Source: Octopus vulgaris (Eukaryota). Taken from it: 64,000 nucleotides of DNA. The translations under genes were made by a program, and so were the position numbers. How positions within the stretch are numbered: the stretch's first letter is position 1; every line of letters begins with the position of its first letter. Location of the stretch: the NCBI GenBank assembly GCA_951406725.2, contig OX597814.1, forward strand, positions 68,510,001 to 68,574,000, given 5' to 3'. Positions 53,232-64,000 of this stretch are shown here, piece by piece. The notes beneath the pieces were generated by a model that saw only the letters and a list, made by a program, of their open reading frames with translations, did not search any database and was not told the DNA's origin.

Positions 53232-55137
53232 TTAATGTGTTTGTTTTCTGTGGATGTTTTTGTTTCGGGAGTGGTGAATCTTCCTGCTTTGTTTGTTATC
53301 TTTTCTTTTCTTTTTTTTTCCCCTTTTTCTTCTCCCCCCTGTGGCTATTTTCCAATCTTCTGTGTCTTCTTCGTCTAATGACAAATCAGAGGAATCAGAG
53401 CTTGGGAGAGGGAAAATATTGGTGTCTATTGTAGACTGTGTTGATTTTGTTGTTGGTGTTGGTTGGTGAGCGTTAGGTTGTGGTGTATGCGGTTTTGGAG
53501 GTGGGGTGTGGGTATTTTGTGTTTGAGTGATTGTAGGTATTGTTGTGTTGTTCGGGGTGTCAATTTTGTGGAGATTTGAAGTAGTAATTGTTTCTTCATT
53601 TTCGATGAGTGTATCTTTGGCAGATGTCCTTGGTTTGGGAGTTGGTTTATTCTTGGTTGTTGTTGTTGTTGGTGTTGCTTCTGTTCTTGGTGCAGTTGGT
53701 GTGGTTGTTTGGTTGGTGAGGGTTTTTTTTTTTTGATTTTCTGTGATTAGTCCTGTTTGTACCAATTGTGGTGTGGGTAGTAAAGCTGGCTTTTTTGTTT
53801 TTTCCGGCTGCTGTTGTTGTTGCTGTTGATTTCTTGCGGCATATTTGTAATCTTTTTTTAGGTGTTGTTCACTGCCGCATAGGTAGCAACGTGGTCTTCT
53901 GCCATCGACGACCACATACAACTTGTGGTCTTCTGATACACATATCTGGGTGGGTATTTTCTTTGTCATCTTGGTTTATATGTAGTAGAAATTCTTCTTT
54001 TTTTCCCACCCAGTTTTTGTGTTCCGTGACCGTAGTTTCTAAAATTGTGAAATCTTCCATTTTCACACATAAGGCCTTTACTAGCCATAGATTGTTCGCT
54101 ATTTTGGGGACATTGTTTAAAGTGATCTTAGTCACTTTCTGTCCACGATAGCTTGGTATTAATGTCAGTTCATCTGAATGAAGAGTTAGCGTTGAGAAAC
54201 GTTTTGCTAACTCTTCAGTGTGGAAGACCACTTGTATGTGTGCGAACTTGTTCCACCAGGTCACATACTCTTTGTAGTTCCAGATGGGTTTCAAGCATTT
54301 TTCGATTTTGCTTGTGTTAGCCTTCTCTTGACTTTTTGTTTTCTTATTAATTATTTTATATATAATAGTTCTTTTTTTTTCATTTTCTAATATTTCTTGT
54401 GGTATGTTTATTTTTACTATACCATCTACTTCCGTTATTAAAACTTTCGTATCTTTTATCTGCTGTGCAGTAAAATATACTGTTGTCTTTTTTCTTTTAT
54501 CGCCTCGGCGAAATTTGTTGTTGTTTTGTTATTGTTGTTGCTGGTGGTGATGTTGTTGTTGGCTGCAGTTGGTAAAATCGGTGTATTTGTTTTGATTGTG
54601 CAAGTAGGAAGGGGTGGGAAATTACTTGCATAGTGTGTTCCTGTGTTCGAGCAGCTTTTGTCAATTTGTTTGGTGGTCACAGTTTTTTGTTTATTCTCTT
54701 CCGTTCTTGGTGTTGGAGTAAACAAGGTCTGAACGGAATTGTTGTTGTTGTTATTGTTGTTTTTGTTGTTGGTGTTGGTGGTGGTGTCAGTGGCAGAAGA
54801 GACAGCCCTGGCAGCAGATGTTGAAATGGTGGCGCAATTGTTGTTATTCTTGTTGTCATTGTTATTGTTGTTGTTGTTGGTAGTTGAGGTAGTGGATGAG
54901 GTGGCGGTGGTGGTAGTGGTAGAGGCGGTGGTGGTAGTAGTAGTAGACTCGTTGTTGTTGTTAGTGGTGGTGGTGGTGGTGACAGTGCTGTTATCGCAAG
55001 TGGGTGCAGCGTTCACTACCACGTCATTCAGGTTTGCCCTTTGCGTTTTTTCTTCTCCTAGCGTTTCCAGACTAGGAAAATGGATGTCGGTCGATAAAGG
55101 AACGCGACCAGCGTTCTACAATACAATTTCTCGACAT
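53232..55137 (-). pseudogene. Tx1 copy A ORF1 (Thr/Asn-rich N-terminus, RRM-like region, zinc knuckle)
   Basis: IQVVFHTEELAKRF...KITLNNVP; CYLCGSEQHLKKDY knuckle; frameshifted; start position uncertain. Confidence 0.8.
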
Positions 55138-55349
55138 TTTGAAAATGTCGAGAAGAAAATTACACAAATTAAATAGGGTTGAAACTGCCCCTAGGGGCGA
55201 ATTCCTCCCTTGGAAAAGCACTCAAACGAAAGTTGGGTGCCTTACACACCCTATTTACAAAAATGTACCCAAAATATGGGCTATAAATAGTCAAAATAAA
55301 CGATTACCTTCGGAGCCGAAGTGACAGCACGTCCGTAGATGGATAGATA

Positions 55350-56187
55350 GGGCTGGACACAGAGGGGACAATTACAAATGTAGAGCTTTTCTTTTCGGAG
55401 ATGGAAAAGGGAAAAGAAGAAAAAAAGGAAACAAATATAAAATTTCGATCGAAAGGGATCAGAAGAAAAAAAAGGGATCAAAAGGGATCGTGTATCACAG
55501 AAAGAAATTTTTTTTTCAAAGTAACAAACAAGATTAAGGTTCATCCGTGGAAAGAAAGGCCTACAGAAAAGACCACGATAATCTTAGGCAGGGAGGAAAT
55601 AAACACATGAGAGCAAAGTGCTCTCTCTCTCTCTTACGATTTACAAGATCATGCTCAAAGTGGTTTCGTCACTCGCACGCACCATCTTTGTTACATTCAC
55701 CCACTTTTTTTTAAAACTTTCACGAGACAAAACCTGCCTCTCCATTCTCACCTTCCTTTTCAAGTGGTGCTTGAAAAAGTTGATGAGTGATTGGCCAGAG
55801 AGGTAAGTGTTTGTCTCTAATCCTTTCGCTCGAGTCCACCACACACATTCTTTCACCATAGCCACAAGTGCGATGAAGACTACCTTGCCTTCCCGGTTGA
55901 AGGAAGGGGGTGGTGCAATTACCACGATAGATTCGGCCGACAGGCGGACTCGTCCCACATGTGACAGCAGCCGCTCGGCATGAGCCGACAGGTTCGAAAT
56001 GGATGGACACTGCACGAGTGCGTGCAGAACGGTTTCGTCACTCTGACCGCATCTCAGGCAAGTCGGTCCAGTATGTCTCGAACCGTGCCAGTAGAGCTTA
56101 TCCCAAACAGGTAATGCTTCTCGATAGCACTGCCAGGCCTGGGATCTTTGGTGATTGTCCATAGGTCCCGACCCGAAAGTTGTCCTG
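55350..56187 (-). mobile_element. Tx1 copy B, 5'-truncated (ORF2 C-terminus 55641-56162 plus 3' UTR)
   Basis: Close paralogue of 49125-49950; separated from copy A by TAGATGGATAGATAG. Confidence 0.92.
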
Positions 56188-56481
56188 ATCGGAAGAAAAG
56201 AAAGCGATCAAAAGCGATCGTATATCATAGAAAGAAAAAAAAAATTTTTTTCAAGGTAACAAAACAAGATTAGGTTAATCTGTGGAAAGAAAAGCCCACA
56301 GAAAAGCCCACAGAAAAGACCACGGCAACCTCAGGCAGGGAGGAAATAAACACATCTCTCTCTCTTTTACGATTTACAGGATCATGCTCAAATTGGTTTC
56401 GTCACTCGCACGCACCATCTTTGCTACATTCACCCACCTTTTTTTGAAACTTTCTCGAGACAAAACCAGCCTTTCCATTCT
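56188..56481 (-). mobile_element. Tx1 copy B', truncated at both ends
   Basis: Paralogue of 55460-55750; its 5' junction is directly on (GATA)n. Confidence 0.88.
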
Positions 56482-56482
56482 T

Positions 56483-56639
<157 letters not shown>

Positions 56640-56977
56640 TGTTTCTTTATTACCCACACAGGTCTGCACACAGACGGGACAGATTACAAAGTAGAGCTTT
56701 TCTTTTGGGGGGGAGAGAAAAATATAAAGGTGGGGTAGAATTTCGATCAAAAGGGATCGTAAAAGGGAAAGCAAAAAAAAGGAAAAGAAACAAAAAAAAA
56801 CACGATCAATACGGATCGTGAATCACAGTGTCATGATGTAAGGTGTAAAGGGGAAGAAGATAAGGTTTATCCGTGGGAAGAAAAGCCTACGGAAAAGACC
56901 ACGGTAACCTCGGTCAATGAAGTCACATGTTGTATTTTGTTACAAATAAGTAACTCTCTGTACTAAATTTTTACGAT

Positions 56978-59900
56978 TCATAGGATCATACTCAAGGTGG
57001 CTTCGTCATTCATACGTGCCATCTTTGCTACATTCACCCATTTTTTTAAAAACATTCACTAGACAAAACTTGCCTCTCTACTCTACTCTCACTTTCCTTT
57101 TCAAGTGATACTTGAAGAAGTTGATGAGAGATTGACCAGAGAGGAAAGTGTTTGTCTCCAATCCTTTCAGACGCGCCCACCAGATACATTCTGTCGCCAT
57201 AGCCACAAGGATGAGGAAAATAGCTCTTCCTTCCCGTTTGAAGGAAGGAGGCGTGACAATATTGACGATAGACTCGGCTGATAAACTGACTCGTCCCACA
57301 CGTGACAGCAGTTGTTCGACATAAGCCCACAGGTCGGAAATTGTTGGACACTGCACGAGTGCGTGCAGAACCGTTTAGTCGCTCTGACCGCATCTCGGGC
57401 AGGTCGGCCTCATGTTTCTCAAGCTGTGTCTGTAGAGCTTATCCTGAACGGGTAGCGCTTCTCGGTAGCACTGCTAGGCCAGGGATCTCTGGAAGTTGTC
57501 CAGGGCCCTGGCCCGAAAGTCGTCCTGAACAGGCGGGTCAGGTATTCCTCGTCGACGTCCAGGTTCGCCACGAGCTCGTCGTCGTACCTCCCCTCCACTA
57601 ATACCCTATAGAATGCTTTGGTTGTGTTGAAGTCACTCAAGGTCCACCCGGGACAGCATAGTTGCTTGAGAGCAATGCTACACTCGCGGTGCCATTCGCC
57701 CTTTCTCGGCCTCTTTTTGATCCACGACTGCAGTTCGGTCATGGATACGAGTTGCGGGAAAGCGTGCCTCACAAACGGCGACCACACCTGTTCACCGTCG
57801 TCTATGTAGAGCCGAAGATATCGCAGTCTCAGCGCGTGTCTGCGCATCATCAACCACGGCATGCCCAGTCCTCCTTTTAATGGGTGTTGACAGCAAATGG
57901 ATCACCTGACCATCGGGACGCATCCTTTCCAGAAGAAGCTGGAGAGAATGCGTTCTAGTTTAGTGATGTTAGGATCGGGACAAGGTACGACGGCCAGGTG
58001 GTAGTAGATGACGGACGCGATGTACGAGTTCGCGACCTCCGCCCGACCTTTTAGGGACAGTTTCCTCTGGCCCATTGCCTGGTGACAGTGACCACTCTAC
58101 TCGTTATTTCGTTCCAGTTCTTCTCCATTTGAAGGTCCGGACCAAACCAAACCCCGAGCAACTCGACCGGACCGTCGGTCCAGCGGTCCACGACGGAGGC
58201 GCTGGTGTACGGCATGGGCTTGCTTCTCCAGGTGCCGAGTCGCAAACCCACTGATTTTTCCCGGTTGATTTTCGCTCCTGTCACCGCTTCGTAGTCTTTC
58301 AGTGTCTCGCCGACCTGCTCGATGTGCTCGTGTCTAGACACTATGACGGTGACGTCCGCGTATGCAGACACACTCTTCCCGCTTCCCAATTCTCGCGGGA
58401 TGCCCCTCAGAGTTGCCAGCTTCCGCAATAATAGCTCGAGAGTTAATACGTAGAGAAGCGACGAGAGGGGGCATCCCTGACGGACCGAACGTTCAATGTC
58501 GAAAGGTCTCGATAGATGTCCATTTACGCGAATTACCAAACGGGTGCCTCTGTACAAAGCGGCTATCCAGCCGCGGAAGACGGGACCGAAACCAGCGGCT
58601 CTGAGGACAGCCTCCAAATATTGATGGTCTACCCTATCGAAAGCTTTCGATTGATCCAAATTTATCAGCGCCCCCACCCACGCCAGGTTCCTTAACTACC
58701 CTGTCTATGATGTAGCGCATCAGGTGGAGGTTGTTATGGATGCTCCGGCCCGGCACAGCGCACGTTTGCGCCTTGTCGACCAATTTCTCGATAACACGCG
58801 CCAACTTCTCGGCTAACACTTTGGCCAAAATTTTCAAGTCTGCATTAAGCAGAGTGATGGGCCTAAAGTTGTCTATTACATTCCCCTTGTTTAGATCTTT
58901 CTTCAGCAGTGTTACGGCTCCTCAGCTCACAAAACCAGGAATGCTCCCGTTTTGCTGCCAGTTGCAGTACACCGCCGCCAAGACGTCTCCAAACAAGTCT
59001 GCCATACAATTGTAAAGCTCGTAGGGTAGACCATCCAAACCCGGCGATTTGTCCCTTGAGCATTCTGCCATCGCGTCCTGCACTTCCGCCGCCGTGATGG
59101 CAGCTTCGCAGCGCCCTGCCTCTCTTGTCGAGAGTCGTGGTAGGCTGTGTAGGTAGGCATTGAAGTCCACTTTACGTTCTTGCCCGCCACTCGTCCCGAA
59201 CAGTCAGGCAAAATGTTGTTGAAAGGCCTCACACATTTTACTTGGCTCGAGCAATTCGCGCCCCCTTTCATCTACCAGAGACCGAATGGTGGCTTTGTTG
59301 CCCTGCTGCGCCTTCGCCACCCGGGCGTCTCTCGCAGCTCCAACACCTTCGTTCCTTAGAGCACGCATCCTAGCTCTGACAACACACCCTTCGTGTTTGG
59401 CGTGTTGGTCGAGGCACAACCTCGCCGCCAAAACATCGGATGCGATGCCGCTTCTAATTGCCTCTTCTAGCTTCTTAACTAACTCACCCTCTATTCTGTT
59501 TCCATCTATGGCTAGTGCTTTACTGTACCTAATCGCTTCTGCTTTTACTGCTCTCTTGAGAGCAAACCACCATTTGTTGTTGATGATGGCTCCCGTCAAA
59601 GCCCTCTTTACTAGTGTGCTAATCCGGTCTCGGAAAACCTGTCGATGGGAAAGACGCTTTTAGTTTCCAGTATCCGGGACCCTGCCTATGTGTCTTACCT
59701 AAGTCTAGCGTACATGTCACAAGTTTGTGATCCGTGTAGCTGACTATGTGGAATTGTGGACATCCTACGCTATCTCTATCTACTGTCCTACACAGTATCC
59801 TATCTAGATACGATCTCGACGACCCACTGCGGTTGCTCCATGTCTACGTTGGCGCATTCGGGTGGTCTAGTCTGTCCCTGTCAGACAGTTGAAAGCGTCT

Positions 59901-60389
59901 GAGCAGGTCTCTGAGGCATTTGCATCCCCGTATATTCCTATCTCTGCCCACGTAGTCTACATGCGTGTCCAATGTAGCATTCCAATCCCCCACTAAGAGT
60001 AAAGGACGAGACGTTCCCAAGAATACTTCTAGACGTTGAAAGAAATCTGGTCGGCCTGTTAAGGGCGGTACGTAGACTGATACGAGTCGAAAAGCGCACC
60101 CATTGCTGCCGTCGACATCCAGAACGACCAGTCTACCCTCCGGGTCTACGAATATTGTCTTTACTTAGAGATCCAGACTCTTGCGTGAAAGTACCGCGGT
60201 GCCACTACCGCCCATTCTTGGCAGACAGAGGGGAAAATAAATGTTGAACTGTCCGCCAAACATGGTCTTTAGGGCCCGCGGATTGTGGAGTCTGGTCTCA
60301 CTTATGGCTATGATTTCTAACTTTAAGAGGTACCCTTGTATCCAAGGGGACCACAAGCCACGCGCATTTACACAACCAATCTTGATCAT
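56978..60389 (-). pseudogene. Tx1 copy C ORF2 (APE-RT-CCHC), many frameshifts
   Basis: MIKIGCVNARGL, ISETRL, KSPGLDGLPYELY, DQSKAFDRVDH, VRQGCPLS, AYAD-V; ends TLSMIL*. Confidence 0.93.
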
Positions 60390-60429
60390 AATCCTAGTGA
60401 ATTAGAATACAAGCGAAAGGAACAGAGGG

Positions 60430-60711
60430 TTACTTACTGCTCGAAAGTTTTGCTTTCTTCTCCTTTGATTTGTCCTCGAGGAGATCCCAGTAAAGTTTCT
60501 TTGTGAGGTATTTTTGGCATTTACCAACTGCACTGGGGAAAATGCCTTTTAGTGCGTGGTGCAGACTTCTGGAGATATGTAATATTTTGATGTGATCCGG
60601 TGGTGTGGTGCATGTGTGATTGTTTGTTTTTATGTCATCTTCAGTTATGTTTGTTTTTGATTTGATGTATTCCATCAAATTTGTGTTTTTGGTGTCTATA
60701 GCCGTGAGCAT
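60430..60711 (-). CDS. Conserved 93-aa ORF (copy C)
   Basis: MLTAIDTKN...NITEDDIKTNNH..TTPPDHIKILH...AVGKCQKY..KKLY aligns without gaps to 52919-53200. Confidence 0.55.
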   Translation of the reverse strand: MLTAIDTKNTNLMEYIKSKTNITEDDIKTNNHTCTTPPDHIKILHISRSLHHALKGIFPSAVGKCQKYLTKKLYWDLLEDKSKEKKAKLSSSK

Positions 60712-60789
60712 GTTTGCTGTATATATTTTTGTGGTGTTGGTGTGGCCGTTGTTTGTGGTGGGTTTCGAAATGTCTTCGAGAGATGTATT

Positions 60790-62349
60790 TCCCCCTGCTT
60801 TGTTTGTGGTTGTGTTTCTGCTCTTTTTCCCCTCCTTTTCTAGCTACTTGCCATTCCTCGCTGGTTTCGTCTTCCGACGAATTTTCTGAGGAATCAGAAG
60901 AGGGTAGGGGTATGTTGTAGGCTTCTATGTATGTCTGTGTAAGTGGTTGTGTTGTTGTTTTCTTTCCTGTTGGTTGTTGAGTGTTTGTGTGGTGAGTGCT
61001 GTATAGGGGATGGAGAATCAGCTTTTGTATATTTTTTTGTTTTCTGTTCCTTTGGTCCTTGCTGTTGTTGGTGGTGTTGGTATTTCCTCAGGTGTTTTCT
61101 CAGGTGTTGTATAATTTTTGGTTGTTGATGGATTAGCTTGGTGTGCTTCTCTTGTCGTCTTCTGTGTTGATGGTGGTGTGGGTAGTAGTGCTTTTTTCTC
61201 AGAGTGTTTTGGTTGTGGTAGTGGTTGTTGTTGTTGCTCTTGTTGTGGAGTGGTTGGACACCTTTTTCAAATGTGCTTCGCTTCCGCACAAATAGCAACG
61301 TTGTCGTCTGCCCTCTACCACTACATAGAGTTTGTAGCCTTCTGGCAGTTCTATAGTGGTGGGTATCTTTTCTCTTGTTGTTTCATCCAATTGAAGGAGG
61401 AACTGGATTGATTTTCCCACCCAGTCTTTCTGTTCAAGAACAGCGATTTCAAGAATGTTTGTCACTGCCATTTCAAAGCAGATGACAGAGACTAACCATT
61501 GTATTTCGACTTCAGGTGGTACATTTTTTATTTGGATTTTCGTCACCCTCTGGCCTCTATAAGTTGGTATCATTACCAAGTCGTCTGAATGCAGCTCCAA
61601 TGTGGAAAATCGTTTTGCTATATTTTCGTTGAGGAAACGTACTTGGACTGTGCCAAATTTATTTCCCTAACTAATATACTCCTTTGAATCCCATGCAGGA
61701 CGAAGGCATTTTTCAATTTTTTCCTGTGGTGCATTTTCTAGTCGTCTTGTTTTCTTGTTGATGACTTTATAGATTATTGTTTTTTTGTGTGTTTTCCACG
61801 GTGTGTTATGGAATGTGAAGATGCAGTTTTATCTCTTTCTTTGGTGAAGAGTGCTTTTGTGAGGTTTATTTCCTGTGTAGTGAATTTTACGATTGTCCAT
61901 TTTTGTTTTGTCGCATCCGCGAAATTCGTTTTAATTTTGGCGGTGTTAGCAGCAGAAGAGTTAGTTGTAGCAGTTGCAGTCGTGGTAGTGGTGTTGGTGT
62001 TGGCGGTGTTGTCTTCGGTAGGCGGCTTTGTGCTGATTTCGTTGTTGTTGTTGGTAGTGATGGTGGTGGTGCTGGCATTCATGTTTGCGTCTGTATTGGT
62101 TTTTGAAATCCCTTTCTCCGTCCTTCTTTCATCGACAAGTGGTGTAGGGAGTGGGGGAAAATCTAAGTTAATGTCTTTGGTGGCGGCGATGGTGAATGGT
62201 TTTGCGACGTTAGTTTTGTTGTTGTTGGTGGTGGTGGTGACAGCGGGGTTCAAGCTGCGAGGTTTAGCAGCTAATGGCAGCAATAGTGTTTCGCTATCGT
62301 TCCGCATGACTGGTGGGCTAGCCACGTGGTTTTTAGTTGCTATTTTCAT
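60790..62349 (-). pseudogene. Tx1 copy C ORF1
   Basis: ATG at 62349; DFPPLPT, TNFADA, VQVRF...AKRFSTLELHSDDL, CYLCGSEAHLKK; stops and frameshifts. Confidence 0.8.
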
Positions 62350-62578
62350 AATGAAAAATGGCTAAAAAGAACCTACGAAAGTTTTGAAAATTTTTGGTAA
62401 TTTCGCCCATACAGGGGCGGAATTCTACGTGAATAAATCTCAGGTTTTTTAGTGAATGAACTTGCACAACGATTAAGAACAAAATATTTGACAACAAAGA
62501 GTTTTAAACATGTAAAAGTGGCCAACTTACGCGGAGCCCATTTGACTAGCGTCCGTCCATGTCGAGGCGAGAGATATG

Positions 62579-62680
<102 letters not shown>

Positions 62681-63074
62681 CCTGTTGATGAAGACTTCGT
62701 CTAGCAAATTATTTTATTTGCTAAAAAAAGTCAGAAACCAAGGTCCTGGAAATACATGGTAAATGTTTTTATTTTTCATTCCCTTCGAGAATTTATCCCT
62801 AATTAGTGGTTTGGATTTTAGCTATTCTTTCTAACGTAAGAGATTCCTATGATGGAAACCTCTTAATGTGTTTAAATGTGCACTGTATTTTATATAGATA
62901 GATAGATGGATGGATGGATAGATTCAAATGATAAGAAGTAGACAAAGAAAATTCTTAATGATATCTTTAATGATTCGGTACAATTGTTTTTGTATCAACT
63001 CTATTTGCAACACCAGTTTACGCAAAATTTCGAAGTGAGGATTTATGTCATGTTTGCGGCTTAAGACATTAGAG

Positions 63075-63490
63075 ACGCACTCCATCAGACATGCGTGCTG
63101 TCACACTGTGCGTCTTCCAGACCTTGTTTTTTTATCTTTGGCTTATAAATGGAGGAAACTAAAGGATAAGTAATATATATTTTTTTGGTGGGCTCATATC
63201 TCATTTGCGGGCCCATGAAAGACGAACCTCCACCAACTATTCTGCCTATATGTCTGTGAATACCTCTCAATGCCATGTATGCTATAAGGGCTGCAAATCT
63301 AACGGAAGCCTCAAAAGACATTTTAAGATCCACAAAGATCAAAACTTAACTGCAGCTCTTGGTGGTCCCAATCGGATATGCAATCTATGTGGGTGTCTTT
63401 TCAAAACATAGTCTGGTTTTAAAAGCCTTGTCAGATGGTTCTAAGGTGTAGGTACAGGAAGTGGTCAAACTCTGCATTTGAAGTAGACAA
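63075..63490 (+). mobile_element. Probable RTE-type LINE 3' remnant with C2H2 fingers
   Basis: CHVCYKGCKSNGSLKRHFKIH and CNLCGCLFKT*SGFKSL; no TGEKP linkers; in-frame stop. Confidence 0.55.
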
Positions 63491-63574
63491 TCCCCATATA
63501 TATGTATATATATATGTGTGTGTGTGTATGTAAGTATATATGTGTGTGTATATATATATATATTTTTTTTTTTT

Positions 63575-63790
63575 GTACTTGTTTCAGTCATTTGACTGCG
63601 GCCATGCTGGAGCACCGCCTTTAGATTGGTGAAAGAGTACAGCAGGGATCACCACCATCCCCTGCCGGAGCCTCGTGGAGCTTTTAGGTGTTTTCGCCCA
63701 ATAAACACACACAACGCCCGGTCTGGGAATCGAAACCGCGATCCTCCGACCGCAAGTCCGCTGCCCTAACCACTGGGCCATTGCGCCTCC
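63575..63790 (-). mobile_element. tRNA-headed SINE (GGAGGCGCAATGGCCCAGTGG head) joined to the major-SINE tail
   Basis: A box TGGCCCAGTGG, B box GGTTTCGATTCCC; tail GCTCCAGCATGGCCGCAGTCAAATGACTGAAACAAGT shared with 16285-16322. Confidence 0.8.
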
Positions 63791-63799
63791 ATATATATA

Positions 63800-63987
63800 T
63801 GGAAAGACAAAGGTCGATACAGCTTGGCACCAGTGACGTCGCAACTCATTTCTACAGCTGAGTGAACTGGAGCAACGTAAAATAAAGTGCTTTGCTCAAG
63901 AACACAACACGCAGCCCGGTCCGGGATTCGAACTCACAACCTCACGATCGTAAGCTCGACGCTTTAACCACTGAGCCATGCGCCTCC
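63800..63987 (-). mobile_element. tRNA-headed SINE, same family as 47812
   Basis: Aligns to 47935-48127. Confidence 0.85.
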
Positions 63988-64000
63988 AGGCGCAATATAT

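Larger units (their letters stand above)
49104..55336 (-). mobile_element. Tx1-like L1-clade non-LTR retrotransposon, near full-length copy A
   Basis: 5' UTR, ORF1, ORF2 (APE-RT-CCHC), 3' UTR ending AATAAAAGAAAGT then (TATC)n. Confidence 0.93.
56640..62574 (-). mobile_element. Tx1-like retrotransposon, full-length copy C (divergent subfamily)
   Basis: Same architecture as copy A with diverged ORF1 and UTRs; (GATA)n on both sides. Confidence 0.93.

Noticed and set aside
53310-53325. -1 ribosomal frameshift at G_GGA_AAA in ORF1 of copy A
   Set aside because: The conserved downstream ORF is in the +1 frame, and the heptamer is not in the same phase in copy C.
63205-63411. Host C2H2 zinc-finger gene exon
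   Set aside because: Only two fingers, no TGEKP linker, in-frame stop in the second finger; fits an RTE LINE C-terminus better.

Overview
AT-rich eukaryotic intergenic or intronic DNA made almost entirely of transposable elements and microsatellites. The SINE families and the (TA)n/(CA)n/(TAA)n/(GATA)n load suggest a coleoid cephalopod such as Octopus (inference). I found no credible host protein-coding exon, and most short ORFs are microsatellite artefacts. Contents: decayed Tc1/mariner, hAT and pogo-type DNA elements; a Helitron whose Rep half faces opposite to its helicase half; three or four R4/Dong-type RLE LINEs; Penelope-like (PLE) remnants with several hammerhead ribozyme motifs; and many tRNA-headed SINEs. 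At 49.0-62.7 kb, four Tx1-like L1-clade copies (two full-length from divergent subfamilies, two truncated) lie head-to-tail inside one (GATA)n microsatellite. Best candidates for something new: (1) an apparently (GATA)n/(TATC)n-targeting Tx1 family with a conserved 3'-UTR pseudoknot/triple-helix signature, a conserved out-of-frame 93-aa ORF and a probable partner SINE sharing its 3' end; (2) a palindromic element combining tRNA-like Pol III heads with hammerhead-bearing tails. All alignments and folds were done by eye, and novelty was not checked against databases.
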